A stretch of 64,000 bases of DNA. Origin: Chrysemys picta bellii (taxonomy: Eukaryota). The notes below the pieces were generated by a model, which was not told the DNA's origin, searched no databases, and was given only the letters and a program-made list of their open reading frames with translations. The position numbers were made by a program, and so were the translations under genes. The stretch covers positions 12,958,001 to 13,022,000 of the forward strand of contig NC_088794.1 of assembly GCF_011386835.1 (NCBI RefSeq), in the 5' to 3' direction. Positions 26,007 to 37,931 of this stretch are shown here, in pieces (positions within the stretch are counted from its first letter, which is position 1; each line of letters begins with the position of its first letter).

Positions 26007-28085
26007 CTAGCTAGGGGGAACGATCAATGCTAAACATGCTTCATGTCTCCAGTGAGCATGAGACCGGGGAGATGAGGTCCTCACAAGCTTTCCCTTAGCT
26101 CAGAGCGAGTTCATTTCCTGCTACTACGCAGCGCACCAGGGAATGTGGCTTGGGCTGGTGCCCGAGGAAACATAATGTGCTTCTAGGAGGATTCTTGTGC
26201 AATTCCAAATCTCCCTCTTCCCCCTTCATCACTGTTAGTCCTGTTGCCTTCCTATCGGCATTTGCTGTTAACACACCTGTGAGATGGGTCTCGCTTCTAG
26301 CGGGTCTAATATAAAGACCAGCATTGCTATATAGTTCAGTTGTGGCCTTATAACTCTGGCATTAATGAAAAGATCTGACTTCCCCAAGAGGAGGGTAACT
26401 AATCCAGTAAAATGGGCACCCCTCTAGCTCTCTGCCTGCCTTTCTGATGTGCCCAGCACTGCGACCCATAGGCAAAGTGGACACATTTAGCTAATGTCAC
26501 GGAGTAGACAACAAAGGGAACCTAAAACTCCACTAGCTGTTGCAGGGGGGGGAAGGGAGGGGAAGCACCCAACTCTGCTCAGGCTAGTGTGAAAAAGTTG
26601 CAGGGCCGGGGGGATTCCTAGGTCCCTGAAATTCTGCCTTTCTGAAGGAGGTGAACAAACTTTCCTGCAGAATTTAGGGTTTTGTGATTTATTCTTCATT
26701 TTCATTACAAAAAGGGCAAAGGTATCGCGCCCAACCTGCTGCCAAGCGAGTGTCTTCTGACACCTACAAGCTCATCTCGAGCTAGAGTATCCTCCCACTT
26801 GTGCTGTATAAAGCCGTGATAGACTGCATTGTTGCTTTGTAATTCCTGTGTGGTGAGTTAGAACTCTACCAGATGTTATGTGGGCAGAAGTACCTATTTG
26901 AAGCTAAAAGCCTGTGATTATACTTGCCAACCAGCCATTAAGAAAGAATTAAACTGAGAAATTATCCCCCATTCTTGTTTCACTACAATAGCATCTTTGT
27001 AATACACTTGTTTAAATTGCCTACTTTTAATTTTGCTCCTCTTCCTTCTAATGCAGCATGCAAGGCCATTTCACTTCATCAGTGAGTCCTTGTGAGCTGT
27101 ACAAAGAAAGAGGGAAAGAAAAGCCAAGGTGCTTGAAAATTAGTCAAAGGTGAGAAAAAAATAACCCTGGAAGAACTTGCCCTCACTTCCCCTACTGTTA
27201 AAATAAATCATTTCTCAATGTACTTTGCCAGAGAGCTTTCCAAAGGAAAGGATTTGCGAGAAGCAGAGATGAAAGGGATTATTACTTACAAAGGCTTTTA
27301 TTAGAGATAAAATATTTGGCAATTAAACCAATAGGAGCTGCAGAACCAGAAGGAAAATAAAGACTCAACTGGGGTAGTCACATAACGTATTTTCCACTAA
27401 CCTTTCATTATTGAAAGTGATAATATTACAATAAAGTGCAGTGCTGTGCAAAACCAGGCATTTAATGACTTTGTGCACCAATGAACTGCATTCAGGGCCC
27501 TGACTGAGCCATCAGTTCCTAGGGCAATGGATCAGAACAATGCTTTGTGGGATCAGATTGAGTTTCTATCTACAGATGCCTTCCTTGCAATGAGGGGACC
27601 TGCTATGACATGCATGTGGGGATGGGGTGCACACAAATAAGCTCGGAGGTTCTTTGTTGTCCTATGAACCCAGCTCATTTTCTAATCCCTCACCGGCAAT
27701 ACCATGAGGTAAGCTACAGTCCTTCCTCTGCCTCAGCCATCTGGGGGCATGCTGTGGTGCTAAGCTCTTTTGTTCAAGACAGACGAGTGATTCAGAAGGT
27801 TGTTTGCTTCTGGGGCCTTCCAGTGTGGAAGCTGGAGCTAGGCAAATTCAGACGAAAACCAACACCCTAGTTTTTAGCAGTGAGGGCAATTATCCCCTGG
27901 AAGTGTACCAAGGACCATGGTGGGCTGTGCCTCACTTGCAGTCCTTCCGTCAACCCTGGTGTCTTGCTAGAAGGTGTGCTACAGCTCAGAGCGCAGGGAC
28001 GGCTAGGTGCAGGAAGCACTGGCTAAGGGTCTCTGGCCTGTGCTCTCCAGGGGGTCAGAGCAGATGATAGAATAGGGGCATCCAT

Positions 28086-28210
28086 GCATGAGATGAAGTG
28101 GGTTCTAGCCCACGAAAGCTTACGCCCAAATAAATTTGTTAGTCTGTATCAGCAAAAACAACGAGGAGTCCTTGTGGCACCTTAGAGACTAACATGGCTG
28201 CCGCTCTGAG
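28086..28210 (+). mobile_element. PLE pLTR fragment with degenerate hammerhead and an internal 40-bp inversion
   Basis: gatgaagtgggttctagcccacgaaagcttacgc followed by pLTR sequence flipped between tgttagtct and agactaaca. Confidence 0.8.
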
Positions 28211-31009
28211 TACTTACTAGTGCATCTTACTATTGTAACAGAGTTATTGTGATGGCTGAATGCCTGTGTCCCCATGCCTCCCCCCGCCCTCAGGCTCAAC
28301 TCCTTCCCTAAGGGAGGAGCCCTCGCCTGGGAAGTTCCGGGGGAGGGAAGGGGAACACTAGGTCACAGCCACAGCAGCAGGAGAAGGGACGCTGCCCCTG
28401 TGCTCTAATAAATAGGCATGGTTCTTTTGCTTACTTGATCCGGGTCCTGAATCCTTATTCCTCTCTGTGCCAGCTCCCCTCCCCCAGCCGCTGGACAAGG
28501 AGGTCATGCAATGCTGGGTAAGGTGAAGTTCACCCCTGTGCAGAAGGGCAGACCAAGGCCTGTGCACCCAGAGGGCTGAAGTGAATTAAGCCCTCCCAAA
28601 GCCTGTGCACCATGTAGGCAGTGTGTGTGTGGGGGGGGGGGAGCATTGGCTCTGCCTGGGGGCATTTCACAGCTGCCTGCAGCTGCCTATGGGAATCATG
28701 GCCTGTGCCCTGGATGGATGGCACAGGTTGGTTAAAGTCTGTGTGTATCTGACAGGAACTCCTGGGGTTGAGTTTGGGGGGTTTATTTGCCCTGTTCAGT
28801 CTTACCCGCCCCAGAGCGAGATGTCATCAAAGATCTGATGCCCCCTGCTGGGCACTCACCAGACTGCAGTGAGGGGATCCAAATGCCCTTAACTTGCTGG
28901 AGCATTGTCCCTACCCTGGCTTTGGGCCTTTAGGCAAACACTTCATGTGCAGATTTTGTGTCTGACAACTCCTGGCAGTGGGGATGCTATGGTCCAAATG
29001 CATATCTCCTGAAACGAGTGCCATCTCCTGCAAGCCTCCCCAGCAGCTCTTGCTTGTTCCCTAGAATCCTATTGAATGTGTTAGCCTTGTGTTTAACCCT
29101 TCAGGGGCATGTGATAGTGAAAGCCGTCAGTCAGATTGTGCACAGGATTCTAAAACACTTACTCTTTATTTAACAGCACGAGGGAGACAGATTTAGATTA
29201 AATAATAAATACACCTATTTGTGTTTTCCTTGCCTCATTTTCCTTATCACTCTGCAGAGTTCTTAGGGCTTGGCAGAGTCCACTGAGGCTCTGGGATCAT
29301 TCCCCTACAGTTCATGACTTACCTTCCAAAACATGAAGCCTTCTCTGACCTTGTCTGGTCTGCAGTTAAACAGGATCCCCTGCTTCAAAAGCATACCTGT
29401 CCCTTCCCCCTCCTGCCTAAAGCATCCCGTGTGGCTCTGTGGATCTTTTCCTGTTGCACCCAACTGGTGTGTTATTTAAAGGCATCAACATCCTGAAGTC
29501 TTTGTTCTGCGCTTAGGGATTTTCCACTCTCCAACTACCAGCCCCTTTGCAGAGAGGTGTAGGAGCTTGAATAGGTAACCACTGCATTATAACAACCCAC
29601 CATTGGGTCTGCTCTGGGAGGGACGTGACACAGCTCTTGTCAGCAAACGGTGGATTCCACATACAGTCTGGCAGTCTGTAATACAGCAGTTTCATAATAA
29701 CCTCATAGTATCATCCAGAGTTCATAAGTTGTACAGACAGATTTCCCAAATCATCACAGATGTGTTACCAGATTCCATTAATTCAAAGCAGTGGCACAAT
29801 CTTGATTTTTCTCAGCGACACATAGATATTTAAAGCAGAAAAATGTAATTGATAAATATCAACAGGACGTGAGATCTGCTGTTTGCACAAGACGTGCTGT
29901 TTCACTTACAATGAGAATCAAGTGGACTGAGGCTAAATTAGATCAGAAGCCCGGTGAGAGAGCTGCCGGAGAATTGCAGGTTGATATTTGAAACAGCCGT
30001 GTGTTTTTATCCTGTATTAAATAAGAACATGCTCATTCTGAATCATCATCCAGGTACTTTGAACCTTTGTTGTTTTTCTGTTTCAAGAACAACTCTGCTC
30101 TTCTGTTGAGTATTCTCCGGGCAATTCAAATGCATTTTTCTCTGAGGTTTCCTCTTCTTTATAGTTTTCTGTCAAATTGAATTATGGTAGAAACTCTTTG
30201 TGGTGGGATAAAGAAATTACTGCAACCAAGTGTGTGACCAAATACACAAAGGTACCATCGCTCTTCCTTGCTGCAGGGAAACAACTCAGGCACAGAGATA
30301 ATTGTACGAGCGGCGAGAATCTCCCCATTTTTAATATTCACATTTTGTATCCTTTTTTTATATTTTATTTCCCCCCAAATTAAGGCAGTTGAGGTCTCGT
30401 TGTTCCCAGGAGTCGTGGAACAAATGCTTTGTTTGCTCAGCCCCTGCCAGTTAGTAGGGCTGATTTACTGACGTTGTAATGAAACCCGTGAACTGCTGGA
30501 TCCAACACCAGCTCCAAGGGGAAAAATGCACATAGGACTTGGCCAGCTAAGAGCCATTAGGGGGAAGCCTTCTTCAGAGAGGGATGATGAGCTAGAGCTC
30601 CCTGGTCAGGAGCCCGGAGCCAAATGTCACCTCATAGAAGGAGCTCCAGTCAAAGCATCGCAGGTGAGATGGCTCTGAAGGCCAGGGGTGAGCCAGCAAA
30701 TCTGCCATCTCAGCCCTTAGATCTCCCTTAAATTGGTAGAAATGTTAGCTGCCCCAGGGAAATAGCTGAAGAGGCATAAATTGCCAGACGCGGGGTGGTG
30801 TTCCCACCTGCTTCAGTCCGAGCCTGGAGTTTCCCGCTTGCAGCTTCTCTGTTGGAGCCTTTCACTTCTTGTAACTATTGGGGTCACAAGGTTATTAGTA
30901 GTAATAGTCTGCAACTCACAGCCCCTTGAATATCCATCCTCTTCTCTGTCCTGGTCAGGTCTAAATCATCTGAGGAGTCCAGGGGCTTTATGAATCTGGA
31001 CAGCCACAG

Positions 31010-31125
31010 ACTCACCTCACCACTTCTCAACTGAGGAAACTGAGGCACAGAGGGGCCATGACATGCCCAAGGCCACTCTGGAAGGAACAGAAGCCCTAAC
31101 TCCCAGTCCCCTGCTCTGAACATGA
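31010..31125 (-). repeat. MIR/CORE-SINE-like remnant
   Basis: gaggaaactgaggcacagagggg...atgcccaaggccac resembles the reverse CORE. Confidence 0.55.
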
Positions 31126-31523
31126 GGTGACTTGTAACTCTCTGCTGCTCAGGATCCAAAGGGCGTTAACCGAGATGCTTCTAGGAGCTGTAAGAGCTGC
31201 ACTCAAATGTTTAGAAAGCAGCAAACAACCTACCAGCCCAGCTAAATGTACCACCACCACTGTGGGTTCTGCACAAGCACTGCTCCTCTCCACTCTCACT
31301 CTTATCCTTGTCCTCCCTCTGGGGGTAGAACAACAGCCACTCCCTGGTTGTGCACAGGCCCTGTCCTGACAAATACCAATAACACCCATGCAACAGTAGG
31401 CAGGCAATGATCCAGTGAGCCCATGGAGCTGTGACTCTGAACGTGCCAGGCGGCCCATTGCAAGCGCTAACAGTAACACCCGCCTGATCGTGGCAGGGCT
31501 TTTGTCTGGCCAGCTGTCGGCAT

Positions 31524-31776
31524 CAGGGCAGGCACCAGCACAGGAAGCAGGTGCTTGGGGCGGCCAATGAAAAGGAGTGGCACATTTGGGTCTTCGGCGG
31601 CAATTTGGCAGCAGGTCCCTCAGTCCCTCTCGGAGGGAAGGACCAGCCGCCGAATTGCCACCGAAGAATGAAGCGGCACGGTGGAGCTGCTGCCGAAGTG
31701 CCGCCGATCGCGGCTTTATCTTTTTTTTTTTTTTCCTTCTCTGCTTGGGGCGGCAAAAAAGCTGGCGCCAGCCCTG
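31524..31776. mobile_element. hAT-type MITE
   Basis: Ends cagggcaggc / gccagccctg; perfect 8-bp TSD gtcggcat (31516-31523, 31777-31784). Confidence 0.9.
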
Positions 31777-34307
31777 GTCGGCATGTGGCCTTGTTGGAGC
31801 CGCTCAGCACAGGGGTTGTGTGATGTGTCTTGCTGCTCTCAGGGGCTGGGTTTGCACTGACAGGGGAGAATTGCCTCACCTTTGAGTCCAGATAATTTGC
31901 TGCGTGATTTAAGCCTGCCCAGGCCCCAGCCCCAGCCCCAGAGAGGATGGAAATTCAAGGGCAGGGTGCGCTCTCGCTGCAGCCTGCATGCTGTCCCGGG
32001 GCAGAGGGGTGAGGAGAACTAAGAACTAGGCTGCTGGGATGGGATCTGCTTGTGCCAGCTCCAATGAACGAGAGATTCTACCCACGCGCCATGGGGCGAC
32101 ATCATCACTTTAAAGAAACAAGAGGACAGCGGCTCACTGGCCTTAGTGCCCCTTGGCAGACCCAGCACAATGCACAAAGCCGGGCCACAATGTGGCAGTG
32201 ATCGTACAGGGGAAATCAGCCAAACTGAATCCAGCCAACTCCCCCAATGGAGAGGGGGAGAGACTCCTCTGCTCTGTCTGCGGCCGTGGGGGATTTCTGC
32301 TTGCAGTGATTTCAGAGTATGTCATGTCTGCTGTCCTTCCCCATGAACAGTCCAGGACAATGCGTGTCTGCTGAGCCCTTCCTGCAGATTCCCTTGGAGG
32401 TCATGGCAGCAACTCCTGCAGGGCAGGCGGCCTCCCTCCAAGTGCACAAAGGACATGTTACCAAACTCACCAGGCACCAGCATCCTCCACTCCTGCAGCC
32501 TCCTTCCCATTCGTCTGCATCTGTCTGACTTGTCAGGGCAACAGCTAGTCCGGGCAATATCTTTGTCTACCCAGAAGCCCTGTCATGCCCCATTGTACAG
32601 CTCCTGAGCACAAGTCTTAGCGACAGCCGCTGAGAAATGTTCACCTTAAAGAGAGCCAGATGTTTCTATTGCCTCCCATAGGGCTCAGGCATGGCCCATG
32701 CCCTTATCTCCGACACCCAGTGGGGAGGCAACAGGGGGCAATATCCAGGCCCTGTGGCCCCTGTCACATGATGGAAGGTGGGAGGGTACCCATCTGGCAC
32801 ACGGGAATATGGCAGTGGTTTAACCCAGGGCAGCACAGAGGGTGCATTCAACCAGCCAAAGGAGAACTGTGCTTCCTTTGCCTTTTAAAGTTCTTTACAG
32901 CCCTTCCTCTGAATGATAAAACCTCAGGGGTTCCCCAGCAGGACAGCCCTTTCAGCCCTGCCAGGCTCCAAAATCCACATGAACCTTCCTAAGCGATGTG
33001 TCCAGTCCAAGGCAACCTGAGCGGTGTGACCTGACGTCATCTGTCCCGTTTATTGTTATCCCTTGAATGGTGTCTCTTTCCACTCTAAGACAGTAATGAT
33101 TTTTTCCAGAACTAAATGAGTGAAGGCAGGTTTGTTCCGTGTAACCCCAGAGCCGGTCTCGCTTGCTGGAATGAAAACGCTGTTGTAGACCAGACGTGAA
33201 TTTTGTAGAAGTGCTTTTCAGCAGAGGTGATGCATAGAGGGTTATTATGAGGATTAATTAGTTGATGTTTGTAAAGAACTTGGAAGATGTGACGTGCTGG
33301 CTGAGTGCTACTTTTCATAAGCTACTCAAGAATTGCAGCTGATTTTCCACTTTACTTCTGCTGCCCCTAAGTGTTTGTGCAAAATAAATTCTCCATAAAT
33401 ATTTGGGAGCAACAGAGGCTGCTCTAAACAATAGCAGAGGGTGCGGGACTAGGGACTCCTGTACTCAGTAGCTTGACATAGTTCCTCAGTGTTTTCTTCC
33501 CCCAAATTCCCTGGAAACAATCCCTTCTAACTGATCATTTCAAGACTTGGGGGTGACATGCAGTGAGGGTCTCAGTGCCTCATGCTAAGCCAGTCTCGGA
33601 CAGATTTATGGCTGCCCTTGTAATAGTTGGGATATACCTTATAGATTTCTTTTTGCTTTTCCAGCCATTCCCCCTTCACCCCCCACCCCAGTTAACTGCT
33701 TTACATCCAGCCCCCTTTTAGGATTAGTTCCTGCAGTAAAAATTGCTTTGCTTCTTTTTTTCTGCAGTTTTTTTTCTAGCACTATTTGTTGGAAGTTTTT
33801 CCCCAAGCAGTCCCAGTCTCCCCCTATACATCTCTGGGAAGTTCATAGAGGCCCCCTTTGGATTTAACCCACTGCTCCAGTGCCCTGGAAACTTCTTCCA
33901 ATAAACCCTTTCAGTTCCATTGCTAAACTGCTGGGTTGCGATTCGTGACAGTACAGAGCTACATGGATGATAAATTGTATGTTCCCTGCTCCATACAAAT
34001 GGATCCGATCCCATCATGGAACCACTATGTGGGGGATGGGAGGGCGAGATCTTTTTTACTTTGTTTTTTTAAGAACTTAGTTTGACTTTGGTTTTGTCAC
34101 TCAGATGATTTTATTTGGGAGACAGCGAAGGTATGTGGCGCTGATTACACTCAAGCGTTAGGAGTGGGTATAGCTCATACCACACATCCAAAGTTACACA
34201 GCAAACCTTATTTTATGTACATTTACACATTACATTAACTATACATTGCGTCGCACTTTCTGGAATTGGCTTGGTTACGTTGTAGGAACCAATTTCTGCA
34301 TGGCATG

Positions 34308-34780
34308 TGTTACGGAGTATTGGGGGACTTAGGGCCCTGCACCCCCGGCTTCCTGTGATTCACCATGACTCTCAGCCAGCCAGTAAAGCAGAAGGTTTAT
34401 TTGGATGACAGGAATACAGTCCAAGACAGGTCTTGCAGGCACAGACAACCGGGCCCCCCTCAGTTAGGTCCAGCTTGGGGTCCCAGGGCATGCCGGCCCA
34501 CCCCCCTTGGGGGGTCAGAGCCATCTCTGCCTCCCAGCCAACTCTCCAGCCTCCTTCCAGCCTGCTTCCAGCACTCTGCCTTTAGCGACCCCTCCCACAG
34601 CCTTTGTTCAGTTTTCCGGGCCCCGGAGTCATCTGACCTCCAACCCCCTCCTGGGTTCTCATGTTACAAGCTCAGGTATGTTCCCTTGGGCCGGCACCCA
34701 TCCCCCGATGCAGACCATCCTAGCCACACTCCCCTGTCAGCATTCACACACCCCAGCAAGAACAGTCCCAGTTTGTCACA
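34308..34780 (-). repeat. 3' LTR
   Basis: TGT...ACA termini; differs from the 5' LTR at only 2 positions by manual comparison; AATAAA at 34396-34401. Confidence 0.95.
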
Positions 34781-34793
34781 TCTCTCCCCCCTT
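34781..34793 (-). other. Polypurine tract
   Basis: aaggggggagaga directly abutting the 3' LTR. Confidence 0.9.
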
Positions 34794-35053
34794 CGAGACC
34801 GAACTGAGCGGGGTTACTTTAGCCAGTGACCTGGGGAAGTTCGAACCTACCCCCGTTCCCATGGATGCCCCCGCATTCCTCCAGTTCCTTGGTGAGAATT
34901 ACACCAGGCCCCTTCCGTTTCACGCCCCCCCTTAGGTCGGGGGTGCTTGATGGCACTCGCAGTTCGCATGTGGGAAGGTTTATGCGGCCTGTGCCCTTTT
35001 CCCACCCCCATACCTCTGGGGCTCCAACTGGGCTGTGGTCTTTTTCCAGCACT

Positions 35054-37591
35054 TCAGTTTGGAGGTCTGTGCTTTGGGCCCTCTTGGTTCAGAGCCGCCC
35101 TTTTAACCTTGGCCACCCTCTGGAAAGGATCCTTTATGCTGGGCAAGGGTCCTAAAGCTGTTTTCCCCTTGTCCCAGGCCTTCCTCCCCCTCTGACAGGG
35201 GTCACAGGATCCGCAGTACTGTCGGACAGTAACAAAGACCCCAGGCCAGTAAAAGCTCCGTAGCAGCCTCTGCTGGGTACGCCAGGTTCCCTGGTGCCCT
35301 GAGAGGGGAATGTCATGGGCCCGGCACAGCAGCTGGCGGCGATACTTCTGGGGTACCACCAGCTGCCTCCTGATCCCCCCTGACTCCATTTTCCCTGGGG
35401 GAGCCCATTTTCGGTACAGGAACCCCTTCTTCCACAGGAACCTTTTCCGGCCACCTTGTTTCATGGTCTGTACCGCATTGAGGTCGGCCAGGTCCCTTAT
35501 CTTCCGCAAGGAGGGGTTTCTCTGTAACTCGGCCTGGAACTCAGCAGCTGGGACAGGGATGGCCACCTGCTCTTTCTCGCCCGCTGGGTTCGAAGCTGCA
35601 GCCTCCCTGAGCCGCGTCCCTGGGCGTTCCCTCCCCACCAGGTTAGGGTCCTGCGCCTCAGGCAAGGCACCCCCCCCAAGGCCAGGGCGCAGGGCCCCTC
35701 GCCGGCTCTGACTGCGGGTCACAACCAGTGCCTTTTGGGGGTTGCTTGGCCAGTTCTCCAGGTCCCCCCCCATCAATACCTCAGTGGGCAAATACGGGTG
35801 TACCCCCACATCCTTGGGGCCCTCCTTGGCCCCCCACTTCAGGTGTACCCTTGCCACGGGCACTTTGACTGGTGTTCCGCCCACCCCCGTCAGGGTCAGG
35901 TAGGAGTTGGGCACCACCTGATCTGGGGCCACCACCTCGGGCCGGGCCAGCGTCACCTCTGCGCCCGTATTCCAGTATCCATTGACCTTCCTCCCATCCA
36001 CCTCCAGGGGAACAAGGTACTCTCTCCGGAGGGACAGCCCCGCGCCCACCGTATAAACCAAAAACCCTGAGTCTGGGGCATCCAGCCCCCTAGAGGAGCT
36101 GGCCTGGGGCCCTTCTCTCTCTTGAGCAGTTGATAAGCTGCCAGCCCCTCTTGCGTGAGAAGCCTGCCCCTTGTCCGTCTGGGCCTCTACCAAGTTAACC
36201 CTATGCAGGTTCGGTCTGCTCAGTCTGTCCTTGAGCTTGGGGCACTGGGCCCGAACGTGGCCTCTTCGGCCGCAGTAATAGCAGCTCATGTTCTGTGGGT
36301 CCCCTCGAGCCGGTTGGTTGTCCCTGATGCTGGGCATTTCCCGGGGGAGGGGATTCCCAATATTCCCCCTTTGGGAGGTCCCAGGGTGACTCTTTTTCTG
36401 CATCGCGGCGGGCCTGTTCCTTTGGGGCTCCTCCCTGCCACCCCCTGACCGGCTCTTTACAAACTCATCAGCCAGCTGCCCGGCGTGTCGCGGGTTCTCT
36501 GGCTTTCTGTCCACCAACCACAGCCTCAGGTCGGATGGGCACCGCTCATACAGTTGCTCCAGTACCAGCAGTTTAATCAGGTCCTCCTTCGTCTGGGCCC
36601 CACCAGCCCACTTGCTGGCGTATCTTCCCATGCGGACGGCTAGTTGCAGATATGAGATCTTAGGGGCTTTATTTTGACTTCGGAACCTTTCCCGGTACAT
36701 CTCAGGAGTCAGCCCAAACTCACGTAGCAGGGCCTTTTTGAATAGTTCGTAGTCCCCTTTCTCTGCCTCTTCCAGTTGGCGGTACAATGCCACGGATTTG
36801 GGGTCCAGTAAGGGGGTAAGGACCCGGAGTTTGTCCGCGGGATCAACCCGGTGCAGCTCGCAGGCCGTCTTAAAGGCCTTCAGGAAGTCGTCCATGTCCT
36901 CCCCCTCCTTGTATGGGGCCATGATGCACTTATCAAAGCTCCGTGCAGTCCTGGGTCCCCCCTCACTCACCGCAGCCGGGGGTTTGCTGCCCTTTAATTT
37001 CGCCAGTTCCAGGTTATGCTGTCTTTGTCTCTCATTCTCCTCCCGTTCACGCTGATGCTGTCTCTCTTTCTTCTTCCGTTTACGCTGATGCTGTTTCTCT
37101 TTCTCCTCCCGTTCACGCTGATGCTGTCTCTCTTTCTCCTCCCGTTCATGCTGTCTCTGTCGTTTACGATCCTCCAGCTCTCTCAGTTTTAGCTCTTTCT
37201 TCCATTCCAGCCAATTTCGCTCCACGGATGCCGAACGTCGCCGGGAGGATCCTCTGCTGGCCGGCGGGCTTCGCCGGGGGGATCCCCTGCTGGCCGGGGG
37301 GGCCACGGCGCCTTTGGTATTTGCTGGGCTCCTCCCCACCCTTCCCCTAGGCATAGGAAGGAGGGGTCTCGGGAAGCCCTTAGCAGCCGGCTGACCACTC
37401 CCAGCTGGGACAAACACTGGTGCCTGCGCTGCGTATGCCAGGCTGCTTTCCTGAGACACAGGGATCAGTTTATTCGCGCGATCTTCCGCCTCCAGCTGGG
37501 CAATGAGCTGTTCTTTGGTGAGCTTCCCAATGCGCAGCTGCCTCTGCTTGCACAGCTCCACCAGGTCGCTCTTAAGCCGCTTGGCATACAT
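35054..37591 (-). CDS. Gag-protease-integrase(N-terminal) polyprotein, 845 aa from ATG 37591; protease inactive, no RT/RNase H
   Basis: Coiled-coil QHQREREEKER repeats; SCAN-like LLVLEQLYERCP..LRLWLVDRKP; CCHC knuckle CYYCGRRGHVRAQC; protease W[N]TGAEV; integrase Zn domain AHDIPLSGHQG...CGSCDPC. Confidence 0.85.
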   Translation of the reverse strand: MYAKRLKSDLVELCKQRQLRIGKLTKEQLIAQLEAEDRANKLIPVSQESSLAYAAQAPVFVPAGSGQPAAKGFPRPLLPMPRGRVGRSPANTKGAVAPPASRGSPRRSPPASRGSSRRRSASVERNWLEWKKELKLRELEDRKRQRQHEREEKERQHQREREEKEKQHQRKRKKKERQHQREREENERQRQHNLELAKLKGSKPPAAVSEGGPRTARSFDKCIMAPYKEGEDMDDFLKAFKTACELHRVDPADKLRVLTPLLDPKSVALYRQLEEAEKGDYELFKKALLREFGLTPEMYRERFRSQNKAPKISYLQLAVRMGRYASKWAGGAQTKEDLIKLLVLEQLYERCPSDLRLWLVDRKPENPRHAGQLADEFVKSRSGGGREEPQRNRPAAMQKKSHPGTSQRGNIGNPLPREMPSIRDNQPARGDPQNMSCYYCGRRGHVRAQCPKLKDRLSRPNLHRVNLVEAQTDKGQASHARGAGSLSTAQEREGPQASSSRGLDAPDSGFLVYTVGAGLSLRREYLVPLEVDGRKVNGYWNTGAEVTLARPEVVAPDQVVPNSYLTLTGVGGTPVKVPVARVHLKWGAKEGPKDVGVHPYLPTEVLMGGDLENWPSNPQKALVVTRSQSRRGALRPGLGGGALPEAQDPNLVGRERPGTRLREAAASNPAGEKEQVAIPVPAAEFQAELQRNPSLRKIRDLADLNAVQTMKQGGRKRFLWKKGFLYRKWAPPGKMESGGIRRQLVVPQKYRRQLLCRAHDIPLSGHQGTWRTQQRLLRSFYWPGVFVTVRQYCGSCDPCQRGRKAWDKGKTALGPLPSIKDPFQRVAKVKRAALNQEGPKHRPPN

Positions 37592-37911
37592 CTTCCCGCT
37601 GGCCACTCACCGGCCTGTGTGCTCACAGCTCCCCACAGTTCCCAGGGGGCCCCCTAGTGTGCCAGCCCTTCTCGAGGTCACCACCTCTCTGCCAGGGTCG
37701 AGCTGCAGACTCCTCCGCCCCTGGGACCACTCGCTGCGATCCCCCCGGGGGACCCTGTTACTGCAAAAGTCCTTCTTGCTGGTCACACACTCCCAGGGGT
37801 AATAACCGTCTCTCTCCCACTCTTCAGCAGGCCTGGTCCCCGTTAATCCCCCTTCGTTTTACTGCTTCCCAGTTACTTACTGCAGGAAGCGCCGTCCACG
37901 GGGTGCAGTAG

Positions 37912-37929
37912 ATCCCACCGCTGCCACCA
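37912..37929 (-). other. Primer-binding site, tRNA-Leu
   Basis: TGGTGGCAGCGGTGGGAT, complementary to the 3' 18 nt of vertebrate tRNA-Leu(AAG/TAG), 2 nt from the 5' LTR. Confidence 0.9.
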
Positions 37930-37931
37930 GT

